This document shows positions 1-11,000 of a stretch of 62,000 nt of DNA, one piece after another. Origin of the DNA: Octopus vulgaris (taxonomy: Eukaryota); NCBI GenBank assembly GCA_951406725.2, contig OX597815.1:35546001-35608000 (forward strand). Direction: 5' to 3'. The position numbers and the translations under genes are program-made. Each line of letters starts with the position of its first letter. Within the stretch, counting starts at the first letter, position 1. Below the pieces are notes generated by a model that saw only the letters and a program-made list of their open reading frames with translations, made no database searches and had not been told where the DNA came from.

Positions 1-184
1 TACACACTTTATATCCTGGATATTCAGGAGGCGCTTCTGGAAGTTTTTCTGGACACACTAAGTTTAAATTTCCGGCATTGAAAGTTGGTACAGGCGACAA
101 GAAGGATCTTTGAAAAGATTTAGTCCCATTCGAAAGTAAAAACCTCGGACGAAGACTTGAAAATGTGCGACCTAGAGTCGCCAT
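1..184 (-). CDS. First coding exon (runs off window edge) of an unidentified, probably mitochondria-targeted protein
   Basis: Minus strand reads ...ctcatttttAG|atcgaccaacATGGcg (acceptor 10 nt upstream of a strong-context ATG at 184). Open to base 1: MATLGRTFSSLRPRFLLSNGTKSFQRSFLSPVPTFNAGNLNLVCPEKLPEAPPEYPGYKVC. The first ~40 aa are R/S/F/L-rich with no acidic residues, which is presequence-like. Identity not recognised. Confidence 0.6.
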   Translation of the reverse strand, partial: MATLGRTFSSLRPRFLLSNGTKSFQRSFLSPVPTFNAGNLNLVCPEKLPEAPPEYPGYKVC

Positions 185-785
185 GTTGGTCGATCTAAAA
201 ATGAGAATTACCTCCCCTTGGTTAAGGGAGATATCATTTTAGCACAGATGCATATGTGGTATTGGATTCATATAAGCTTTAAACCTATATCGTATTAACA
301 AAACATCTATACACACACAGTGACTCTAAACGACACGGCGGAGGAGTAATGTCAAGAAATCTGGAATAAATGTCTCAAATTATATTGGCCAAAAAATATT
401 TGTAACTTTTTTATATGTAAGAACTTATGTCAACTGATCAAACCGGCTTGATGAGACTATACTGTATTAATGATGTCTTATAGATTGTATCATGTCTTTA
501 TGTGACCCTTGCCGACAAAAGAGATTAATTTCTAAAAATTATTTCCCTTCCCTTTGTCATTTGCTAACAAATGATGCCGCATTTTTGTAATATTTCTAGT
601 ACGAAGAAAGAAAATGCTATTAATTTAGAAATTGTTTTGCAAATAGAATTCAGTACATTTCCCCGTAACCTATCTAAATTCATGCCATTGGTCCATTACA
701 GTTATTTCTCATATTTGTGCTGTTGTTATTTTCTGTTGGTTTCTTACTATACAAATTGCATTGGTCAAACATAAATACCTGCTTT

Positions 786-1194
786 GGATCTTTTCGGTTT
801 GAACGGCAGTTTTTAACATAATTTCTAGGTAACTAAAAAATTTTAAACTTCGTATACTGGTAGAATGTGTTTATAAAACATCTTTTTCTCTTGGCTTTAT
901 TGAGAAAATTCTATAGTCTGTAAGATATTTGTTGGTTTTTTTCTTCAATTTCTGCAATTTCAACCAACCAATGACGTCTATTGAGGTGAAAACAGTCTGT
1001 GCCGTATGAATATGTCCCTCGTTTAAGAAACAGATTGGATTTATTTACATTTGTGAAGAAAAAAAGATATCCTTCCCCCACCCCTAACCCTAAAACAGAT
1101 TGAAATGCAATAGATCGATACTAGGGTCATAATTATGGGTGACAATTTCATATGACACCGCTAGAAAAAATGGCTGTTCAAACCGAAAAGATCC
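786..1194. mobile_element. Non-autonomous DNA-transposon-like element with 29-bp inverted ends and an internal telomere-like CCCTAA motif
   Basis: GGATCTTTTCGGTTTGAACGGCAGTTTTT (786-814) is inverted at 1166-1194 (26/29 match). Internal ccctaaccctaa near 1082. The same internal sequence (cttcg.a.actggtagaatgtgt) recurs at 53966-54170 and 55220-55530. Confidence 0.7.
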
Positions 1195-2371
1195 CGTTTT
1201 TTTCTGTGTCTAACAATTAATGTCAACTGATCGTGCATTCTTGCAGAAACTGTATTATACTAGTGGGGTTTAATAGACTTAAACATATCTACAGTTGCCC
1301 CTTGCCTGCAAACAAAGACTAAATGTTCTCCTAAACATATACATGCTGCGTGTAATTAAAGAATGAGACCGTTACGATAATTAGAGATTTATCTTTTACA
1401 TTTCTTATATAATATGCCTGACCGTGTGGCTAAAGAGTTCCGTTTTGCATTTACGCGACTTTGTGTTCGATCTCACTGCGCGGCTTCAAGTTGACCAAAG
1501 CCTTGTGAGGATAATTGGGTTCAAAGCCTATCCGAAGAACCGTTCTTGTTCTTGATTGGTAGACTTAATCCAGCATCTCTTATAAAACCACTACCTTTAG
1601 CAAAGTGTCTCTACTTTGTTGTAGGCATTCCATTTATCTTCTCCCACTAATAACAAATGCTCTTAAAAGAGACCTAAGTGTTTCTATTCCGCCTCAAGAA
1701 AAGGTAACAGTCTGTCCTAATCGAAACTCAGCAGGACTACAAACAAGACCTATCAAAAGAACGGATGAACCTAGTGTAAGTTCAACGACTATATAGTAAT
1801 AACACGGGTCTTCAGGAATTCCGGGTAGGCGCCCGGAGTACTGGAAGCCCACTGGGTGTGAAGCACATCTCAGTTTTTGTTAAAGCATGTCTCAAGGAGA
1901 AGGTCAATCTGATAAAAGAAAAAACAGATATATGGAGAATGGCATTGAACATTTGGGAATCTTTTACTTGCACTTAAGATCATGGTGATCCAACATTCCT
2001 GAGCCTGTGACCCATATTATAATATCTTGTCCTAGCTTGTCTCTGATGTGACAATTACCGGCAAGGTGACTTTCCGATGCCCGATCGAGTAGGACGGTGC
2101 TGCGGCGAGCATATAACCGAAGGCGCGAACCCGGGTGAATTATTCCCCACAGAAAGATTATGACCATGTAAGAAAATCTTTTTTTAAGAGATGAAAAAGC
2201 TCCAAAAATTCGAGTCACTCGAATAGAGGATAAGCCGAAGGCCCCGGAGCTTTAATTGTAACACCAGTGTGATAACGAATCCATAGTTAAAGGACACGTG
2301 ACATAGCGAGGGTTTCCAGCTCCCAGGTCACGGCAAGTATTGCTGGGGGGTCGCGTAACTATTTTTATCAT

Positions 2372-2425
2372 ATTTATTATTATTATTATTATCATTATTA
2401 TTATTATTATTATTATTACTATTAT
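2372..2425. repeat. (TTA)n microsatellite
   Basis: Direct reading. Confidence 0.9.
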
Positions 2426-3633
2426 GTTTTATTACGTTTTATTTGGAAATGTTGCGCCTTAGGAAATCGCCCCTGTGACTCCGCCACTGATAAGTAATAT
2501 CCATTTGGAGTAAATATTAATTCCTCTTGTGTGTATAACCAGAAAGTTGTTGAATCACACTGACTCCATGCTGAACTGTGACATGAAGATTAAAGGGAAT
2601 TTGGAATACATTTTTCTCTTGGATGTATTAAGGGAAAAGTTATCCCCTGAGATATTTTAAACCCAATAATTAGCGTATTGTGATGCAGTTTTATTCAGAG
2701 AACTCTCCACCATCATATTTTCCAGAAACTATGCAGTAAATAATAATTTTTATTTCCTTCTATGAATAAAACCCCCTTACAATAGTATATTCTACTGTTT
2801 AAAACGTGGCCTATTTAAAAGATGCCATCAAGATTATACAAGTAGCGTAACTGCAATGTTGGGAAGAAGAGTTATCTCCCTTAAACTATTATTTGTTTTC
2901 TCGTTTTGTCAATTTTATGCTATTTTAAAATAGTTTTTTTTTTAAAATTATTATTATTGCGATGAAGTATTAGTAAAGTGCCGAACTGGTAGAATCGTTA
3001 TTGCGCCGGACAGAATGACTAGAAGCATCTCTTCCGGCTTTTTACATTCTGAGTTTGAATTCCGCCGAGCTCGAGTCGACTTAACTTTTCATCCATTTTT
3101 GTTGAATTTATCGATTTTCTTCGAATTAATCGACTTCCTTCACTTAAAATTCGGCCGTTGTACCAAAATTTGGCCGTATGCCAATATCTGAAACCATTAT
3201 TATAGAATATTTGCTATTTCAAAATTTAAAGCAGTTCGCTTCAACATATATTTTCATCTTTATTCTATTGTTGATAGACAAAATCTCATCAAAGTCAACT
3301 TTGCTTTCTTTTCATCTTCCCACAGATTTAACGAAATAGTACCAATATGTAATAAGATCACACCAGTTAATTATATCACACTTACAAAACATGAACCGCT
3401 GGATTAATGTTTGTAGTGGGTAGTATAGATCATTGAATCTACCTCACTACATTACTTCGAGATTTCATTATTTTGAATAACATTGAACGGTATGAGACTG
3501 CTGTTCGGTTTCAGTCTCCAGTTGTGCCAATTATAATTCATTTGAATCATTAATGCTTTTGAGAAAAGAAGGAATGGATGTATAGAGGTTACAAATTTCC
3601 AAGTTTCCTTCACTAAAAATATTTCTACTTATA

Positions 3634-4451
3634 CGAGGTCTGATCAATAAGTATCCGGACGGTTGCCATAGTAACAAAGCTAAAACATGCAGAGTGAAGC
3701 CGCTTGGCAAAGATTGACCTAGAACTCTGTTGTGCACGCGCTGTAAGTTTTAACGTTCTAGTTCACTTCCGCTCTTACAACAGTGCTTGGAAGGAACGTG
3801 TGTAGAGTGTGATCGTCGCATTGATCGTGACAGAGAAAGTTGTCATGGCGATACCTGCTCAGAGGCCTACTCAAAGTTTCAGAAAGTGTATGGAGAAGAG
3901 TTTGTGAGCCGCTCATATGTGTACAAGATGTTTCCAAGATGGCCGAAAAAATGTCGATATTGACGAACATTCAGTGAGACCCGCAACCAGCAGAACTGAG
4001 AAAAACATCGCAGATGTGCATGCAGCTGTGAGGGGAAATCGTCAAATCAACATAACCTGAGTTATCAGAGGATGTGCAGATTACAGTTCATTTCAGTCCA
4101 TTATCACTGAAGACTTGGGTATGATACGCATATCTGCCAAGTTTGTGCCAAAACTGCTTTCAGCTGACCAAAAGCACACTCGGATATCAGTTGCACATGA
4201 TCTCCTTGATTGTGTCAAGAACGATGAAAACTTTTTAAAAACTTTGCGTAGGCCTCTGAGCAGGTATCACCAAGCTTTTGACAGAATTTGACGCAGATTC
4301 TCTGCTCAACTTTCTCTGTCATGGTCAATGCGGCGATCGAGCAGAGTTCAATCTGCAGAGTTCAAAGTCAATCTGTACCAAGCGGCTTCAACGCGAGTGC
4401 TTTAGCTTCGTTACTATGGCAACAGTCCGGATACTTATTGATCAGACCATG
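3634..4451 (+). mobile_element. Internally deleted mariner (Tc1/mariner) element
   Basis: TA flanks at 3632-3633 and 4452-4453. Imperfect TIRs of about 95 bp beginning CGAGGTCTGATCAATAAGTATCCGGAC. The interior encodes a decayed mariner HTH region (KVYGEEFVSRS...FQDGRKNV...EDLGMIRISAKFVPKLLSADQK, close to the WVPxxL motif); the catalytic domain is missing. Confidence 0.9.
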
Positions 4452-5024
4452 TATACACGAAACAGTGACTTTATAGGGAAGAGGCTCGACTTACCCACTC
4501 TTTGCTTTCGGGTTAGAGTAAGATGCTGAGTGTTGTACGCTACCGCTGAGCGATTCGTTTGTATGTCACGCGTCGTAAATGCTGTAGTAGATATGGGAAG
4601 TGGTGGGGGGTATTATTGTATTTGTGACTGAATGAAATAAAGCACTGAAATATCAGAGTATGTCGGTAACTAACGTTTTCAACCTATGACTTTTGAGACG
4701 TTGGAGGACGGAAGGTACTGGACCGACGGCAAAATTTTGACTTCGCTAGCGTCCAGTCAATCTGAATTATTAGATGATGTTAATGAAGTTAACTGGCTGT
4801 TCCAGTGCAATTTTGCCGTGAGTATTTTGGACTGTCTCAAAACCTTTTAGAATGTAACACCAGTTTTCCCTTGGCGCGATATATAATTGAGGGAATTAGC
4901 TGACCTCTATTCCAATATATATCTACTATACTGTTTCTATCTATTTTCTTTGTTTCCTTTCGTGATATGTTCTTTTCAATGAATATTCATAAATTAAACA
5001 TTTAAGAGAAATTAAATATATATA

Positions 5025-6410
5025 CAGGCATAACTCGGCTTAAGTCGTTTCGATTTAAGTCGTTCTCGATTATAGTCGGTTTTCAAAAATAATATAAGGA
5101 AAAATTAAAATCAAGTAAAGTCATTTTACTCGACTTTACGTCTGTCCGCCACAACTATCGGAATCGTAAAATCACTAGAAAACCGTTAAAAGCACATAAA
5201 ATCATGTTACTGTATAATAAATAAGAATAAAAGCATATAAAATCATATTAAAATACGTACAGTAAAGTTGTGTAGCTTAGTGAACGAAATCATGAAATCA
5301 ACTATGTTGTCTTATTTATCGGTCTTTTGGAGCTCCTATTGCACTTCAGCACCAATATCTGCCGTTAGGCGTCGTTGTCACTCTTGATACCTGCGATTAT
5401 TTTTAATTCAAATTTGTTTACGCCTGTTTATTGGCTACTTTCTCATTCTCATTCATTTGTGACTTTATTTTTTTGCCCCCACGGCTCCTAAAAATTCATA
5501 TTGAAAGTGTTAAGCATTATGCTATAACGCTGGAAGGTAAACTGGCTATGATAAAATGTCATGAAAAAGGTGAAAAAGTGGTAGCAATTGCACAATCTTT
5601 TGGGATGAGTCGGATAACTCTATCGATGATTCTACATAATGAGGACAAGATTTCAGCACATATCAAATCTGAAGCCCAGGGATGAAAAACATTGTCATCA
5701 ATAAGAAAAGGAGCAAAATTTTTGAAGAAATGGAAAGTCTTCTTTCTCTTTGGAGTCTTAGGTTGAATCGTCAGTGTGCTATTATTAGTCATGAAAACAT
5801 TAGTCAAATCATTCTTGACTGTTAGTCAAGAAAAGGTTGTCTTTGTTTGAGGACCTGAAGAGAAAATATCTAGACGATAAAGATGTAGAGTTCAAGGCAA
5901 GTCAATGAGGGTTCATGAGATTTAAGGAGCGAAGTTATCACTCCATTAAGAAGCAAGGTGAAAGTACATCAGCTGACGAACAAGCAGCAGCGGAATATCC
6001 TAATGCATTAAAGAAAATCATCGAAAAAAAAACGGGTTTCTTCCCGAACAGATTTTTAACGGAAACGAAACTAGATTGTATTGGAAAAAAAACTGCCTGA
6101 CCGTTCATTTATTTCCTAGGTGGAGAAAAGTATTCCAGGCAACAAGGTCTCAAAAGAACGTGTGACCATTATGTTGGGAGGTAATTGTGTAGGAGATTTT
6201 AGGTTAAAGCCATTGCTTGTGTATCATGCACACAACCCCCGTTCCCTGATGAACATACCCAAGGCATCTCTCCTTGTTATATCGATGGCTAATTCTAAGG
6301 CATGGGTTACTGTTGTCGCTTTTGAAGCAGAGAAATACTGTAAAGAGAAGGGGATTCCTTTTAAGGTTTTACATATCTTGGATAATGCTCCATATCTTAG
6401 ATAATGCAAC
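5025..6410 (+). mobile_element. Decayed, 3'-truncated Tigger/pogo-family DNA transposon
   Basis: Starts TA|CAGGCATAACTCG (Tigger-like TIR). Fragmented ORFs give a CENP-B-type HTH (ITLEGKLAMIKCHEKGEKVVAIAQSFGMSRITLSMIL) and DDE_1 motifs (SKERVTIMLGGNCVGDFRLKPLLVYHAHNPR; KAWVT; KVLHILDNAP), with frameshifts and stops. Confidence 0.88.
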
Positions 6411-6719
6411 CAATGGATTAGGGAATAATTGCTATCTAAGCAACCAATGGATTAGGGAATAATTGCTATCTAAGCTGCAACTGGTCTTTATAAGTCCATA
6501 ACACTTCGTGATATTTGGCCTAATGGGCCAAAACGGTCTAACCTGAAATCTTTTGCCCCAGTGCTGGGGCAAAACGGACCATCACTTTATACACTAAATT
6601 TCACATTTGTCACCCCTATTAACCCGTGAACAGTTAGATTTTGCTATAACGCACATTTTCCACTGAATTCAACCAGAGTATCTTCGTGACTAGGTGGAAA
6701 CTAGTTTGATAGTTAAGCT

Positions 6720-6850
6720 CTGATTGGCTGTATGCAAATGAGTTCATAACTGGGGTCCGGAACTCTCGTGGGGAAAAAATTCGCTGGCCGGGGACAAATA
6801 TTACAGGGCTCAATGCATTGATTTTCACGGGCGCCTATAAGATGGCCTTG
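6720..6850 (+). promoter_or_regulatory. Motif cluster: reverse CCAAT, octamer, TATA-like and YY1-like sites
   Basis: ATTGG 6723-6727, ATGCAAAT 6732-6739, cTATAAg about 6835-6841 overlapping aAGATGGCc. About 1.1 kb upstream of the PYROXD2 ATG. Function not demonstrated; may be repeat-derived. Confidence 0.25.
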
Positions 6851-7169
6851 TATGAACACCCCATTATCCGATCTTTCTTTTGTAAATATAATATTTTATA
6901 TTTACAGATTGTAAGTTACTCTTTGTTTTTCAGAGCGTGGAGAAGAGAGTTTTATTGTAGCTTATATCGTACCTTTTATCTAGACACAGTGTCAAATAAA
7001 TATTTATTGGCGGTTGTAGTATTCATACTTTCATCAAGGACGTAGTTCTTTAGATAAGGCACAGCATCAGATAAATAAATAAGAAAAGTTGTAGTTTATA
7101 TACATTTAGCAAGGACATGCATAGTATAGGTAAAGTGAGTTTCTATTTAACGAAAGCTAGCTGATGTAG

Positions 7170-7340
7170 TGATTAAGTCGATTATATCGATCCCAGTGAT
7201 TAACTGGTACTTATTTAATCAACCCCGAAAGGATGAAAGGCAATGTCGACCTCGGCGGAATTTGAACTCAGAGCGTAACGGCAGACGAAATACCGGTAGG
7301 CATTTCGCCCGGCGTGCTAACGTTTCTGCCAGCTCTCCGC
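7170..7340 (-). mobile_element. tRNA-derived SINE family A (Meta-domain-like core)
   Basis: Reverse complement of the head ggcggagagctggcagaaacgttagcacgcc, B-box-like gagttcaaattcc, and core cgac.ttgcctttcatcctttcggggt.ga, which resembles the MetaSINE central domain as I recall it. Confidence 0.8.
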
Positions 7341-7936
7341 CTGTTGCTAAACACAACACCCAACTGCTATAAGGCTGGGTCACTAAGTTGTTATGTCCTG
7401 TATCAGGACCGCTTCTTTGCACGCTGTTAATAAATATTGATTTCAAACAGTGGTACACTGATACAAATTGATTGGGTGAATAGTCAATCATATTAATCTC
7501 AGTATTTTGACTGATACCCTTAAAAGGATGGAATGCAAAATTTATGTTGGTGGAATCATAAATCTGTACGTAAAGAGAACTAAAGAACGTATGTCGTTTT
7601 AACCCCGCCACTTTACTGATTCTACCAAACCGCAGCTGCTTGTTAAATATTAGAAGACAATACTGATACCGGGACAAGTAGGTTACACAGCAGCAGCAGC
7701 AATTGAAATTTGATACACGTTAAACATCACTAGAATACATGTATGTCATTAAATTAAAGCTAAACATAATCTTACAAAAAAAAAAAACTGAACTTCGTTT
7801 CGAATAACTTGCGATTTCTCTAATTATTCAGATAAGAATTAAGCTCTTGACATAAATTTATTACCTGACTGGTCTTTGCTGTTAGCACAACGATAACTAC
7901 CTAATAACTTCTCATCAGCAAAAAAGTGTTGAAGCA

Positions 7937-8087
7937 ATGATGTTTAACCCCAGATTTTTGTCTTTTTCTTGGACCAGAATTAATTACCAAGTTTTTGCTC
8001 AGCACAAACTCTTCAAAAACCCTACAAGATATTACTGTAAACCCAAAGCACTGCAACTTAAATATGATGCTGTTATTATTGGAGCAG
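7937..8087 (+). CDS. PYROXD2: PYROXD2 coding exon 1
   Basis: [50 protein letters not shown]+G; donor GCAG|GTTTTC (phase 1). An upstream acceptor at 7917-7918 implies a further 5' exon. Confidence 0.88.
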
Positions 8088-11000
8088 GTTTTCTTCGTCT
8101 TTTCTGATTTAAATTTTTTAAATTATTCTGTGTGCTTTGTTTCTTCGATTTTAAATGTCAATATTATTTTAAAGAAGATATTTTGTTAATCGCTTATAGG
8201 TTAAAGCCCTTCACTTGTATTCCATTAGTAAGGGAAATGCATCAATATTACAATATTACAAGGGTTCAGAGGGAAGGGCCTTCGTCGATTCTATTGACTC
8301 CAATACTTCACTGGTACTTTATTTCGTCGACTTTGCCTTTCATCCTTTCGGGGTCGATAAATTAAGTACCAGTTGCGCACTGGGGTCGCTGTAATCGACT
8401 TAATCCGTTTGTCTGTCCTTGTTTGTCCACTCTATGTTTAGCCCCTTGTGGGTAGTACAGAAATAGGTACTTTATTTCATCGATCTCTAAAGGGTGAAAA
8501 GCAAAGTTAATCTCCCCGATGCCAACTCTGCTTTTCATCCTTTGGGGGGGGGGTCGATAAAATAAAGTGCAAGTGCAGTACTGGAGTCAATGGAATCGAT
8601 TAAGGCCTTCCTCTTATTATAATTCTATGGCTGCGAGCTGGCGGAATCGGTAGCACACTGAGCAAAATGCACGTTAGACTTAACCTTTCTGCACGTTCGA
8701 CTTAACCTTTCATCCTTTCGGGGTCGATAAATTAAGTACCAGTGAAACACTGGAGTTAATGTAATCGACTACTTACCTCCCTCAAAAATGTCAGTCCTTG
8801 TACTTTTAATAAAAAGAATTACTATTGCTATTATTAAGGCAGCGAGCAGGCAGAATCGTTAGCGCGCAGGGCAAAAATACCTAGCAGTACAGTAATAGTT
8901 CACTTTACAAGGACCCGCTTTACGAGATCCTGGATTTACGAGTTTTATTTTTCAAGCACAAGCTCTTTTCTTTTTTTTTTTTGAACAAAGTGCAGAAGTT
9001 TCTACTACCATAACAAATGCTTCTGCATATTACTAAGAAATTTATAGAGAGTGTTTTTTTTTTTTACGAGTGTGTAACGTTTAGGTTTTAATTAGTATAG
9101 TTACCAATCGTAACGGGTAAGATTGATTAGGTACACAATAATATGAAATGTCGGAGTCAGCAGTTGTAACGATAATAAGAAGAGTGGTCTCGGTGCGCGC
9201 ACTCGCGTACTCGCGCATCCGCGCTAGCTAGTCGTGGCTAGTCGATCCTACAACGACTACCCAGCAAAGTAAATAAAACAGAAAATAAATAATTTTTTTA
9301 ACACAAAGTAAATAATTTTTTTAACACAAAGTAAATAATTTTTTTTTTCTAAACAACGTAAATAATTTTTGTTAACAAATTAAATAGATATAACACACTA
9401 CCCGTTTTTGGTACCCCCATTATACTCTTAAAACGTCGTTTTATGTTTTAATAACTTTCAACCGAATTTGTATGAACATTTGTTATCGGATCGACAAAAT
9501 TTTCGCAAGGGTTCATACCAGCATCAGTTGTCATGCGATGTTGGCGGGGAGGAACAAGCACAGACACACAAACATATACACACACATGTATATATATATA
9601 TACATATATACGATGGCCTTCTTTCAGTTTCCGTCTACTAAATCCACTCACAAGGCTTTGGTCGGCCCGATGCTATAGTAGAAGACACTTACTGAAGGTG
9701 CCATGCACTGAGACTGAACCCAGAACCATGTGGTTCGTAAGCAAGCTACTTACTACACAGCCACTCCTATGCCTATGGAAAACTAGCAACAACAATAATA
9801 ATAATTTCTTTCTAATTTTGGCACAAGGCCAGTAATTTTGAGTGGTTGGGGTAATTGATTACATTAGCCGTAGTGCTCAACTAGTACTTATTTTATTAAC
9901 CCTGAAAGCAATAAAGGCAAAGTCGACCTTGGTGAGATTTGAACTCAGAACATGAAGATGGGCAAAATGCTGCTAGGTAACAGTTTAGCCTTATGAGTGG
10001 ATTTGGTAGATGGAAACTGAAAGAAGCCCATCGTATATATGTATATATATATATATGTATGTGTGTGTATATGCTTGTGTGTCTGTGTTTGTCCCCCCCC
10101 CCCCCCCCCAACATCACATGACACTGATGTTGGTATGTTTACATCCCTGTAACTTAGTAGTTCGGCAAAAGAGACCGATAGAATAAGTACTAGGCTTACA
10201 AAGAATAAGTCCTGGGGTCGATTTACTAGACTAAAGACGGTGCTCCAGCATGGCCACAGTCACATGACTGAAACAAGTAAAAGAGTAAAGAGTAAGAGTA
10301 TTGAATGCAAGGAAATTTCTGAAGTATGTTTCACAATAGATTATTTTAAACCCCTCTTCATTTTAGTTACTTATTCTGTGATTCATTTGTGTTAATTATT
10401 CTATGACTTTCATTCTCTTTGTTATTCTTTGATTCATCTTCCTCTCTCTTTCTGTGTTTCAGGACACAATGGATTGATCACTGTAAGTTGAAGTTCAATT
10501 TTTTTGCTTTACAATGTTTTAATTCTCTCCTGATTAATTTAGATTAGATCTCTCATTCACCCTGTCTTTTTTCTTCCTCTAGTCTCTCTTCTCCTTTTTC
10601 TCTCAGGGATGTGAGAGTAGGGGCAGAAAAAAGAATGATTTTGATACCAAGAAGATGGAAGAATGCAAAGATGTGGTCAAATGCAATGACACCTTCAATG
10701 CTTAAGCATATGGTCCACCTCAATACAATCTACTCTCTCACCCTCATTTTGAATCCAACAGTCTGATGGGAAAGACTTGATTGTTTCAATAATCTGATTC
10801 AAGTAACTCTACATTGATCTTTATTCAATGGCTCATCCCATTATTTCTGGGAGGTGATAGCAGTTATGGAGATAATGATTTTTTTTTGGGGTGGGGTTGT
10901 TATTTAGTCTTAAGTCAGCCATGATCTAGAAAAGCTTAATTCCAAAACTGTTTCAACTACAGTTAACATACTTCCATTTTAAGATAGTGGGAAGATTTGG

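Noticed and set aside
1078-1093. CCCTAA repeats as an interstitial telomere
   Set aside because: Only two units, and they are internal to a dispersed repeat family.
1690-1830. UCC-UGA at the end of the minus-strand spliced ORF, suggesting an antizyme +1 frameshift site
   Set aside because: ORF1 lacks the antizyme ending, and the +1 frame (EDPCYYYIVVELTLG...) closes after about 39 codons with no antizyme motifs.
2060-2300. Sm-site-like AAUUUUUGG and RNase P/MRP-like GGAAAGUC on the minus strand
   Set aside because: No U1, U2, U11 or U12 functional sequences or 3' stem-loops, and no matching P4 partner strand; these short motifs are expected by chance.
10607-10705. Strong pyrimidine tract plus AG followed by a 32-codon frame and stop in intron 2 (possible poison exon)
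   Set aside because: No convincing downstream donor or conservation evidence; the tract is probably a decayed CT-rich repeat.
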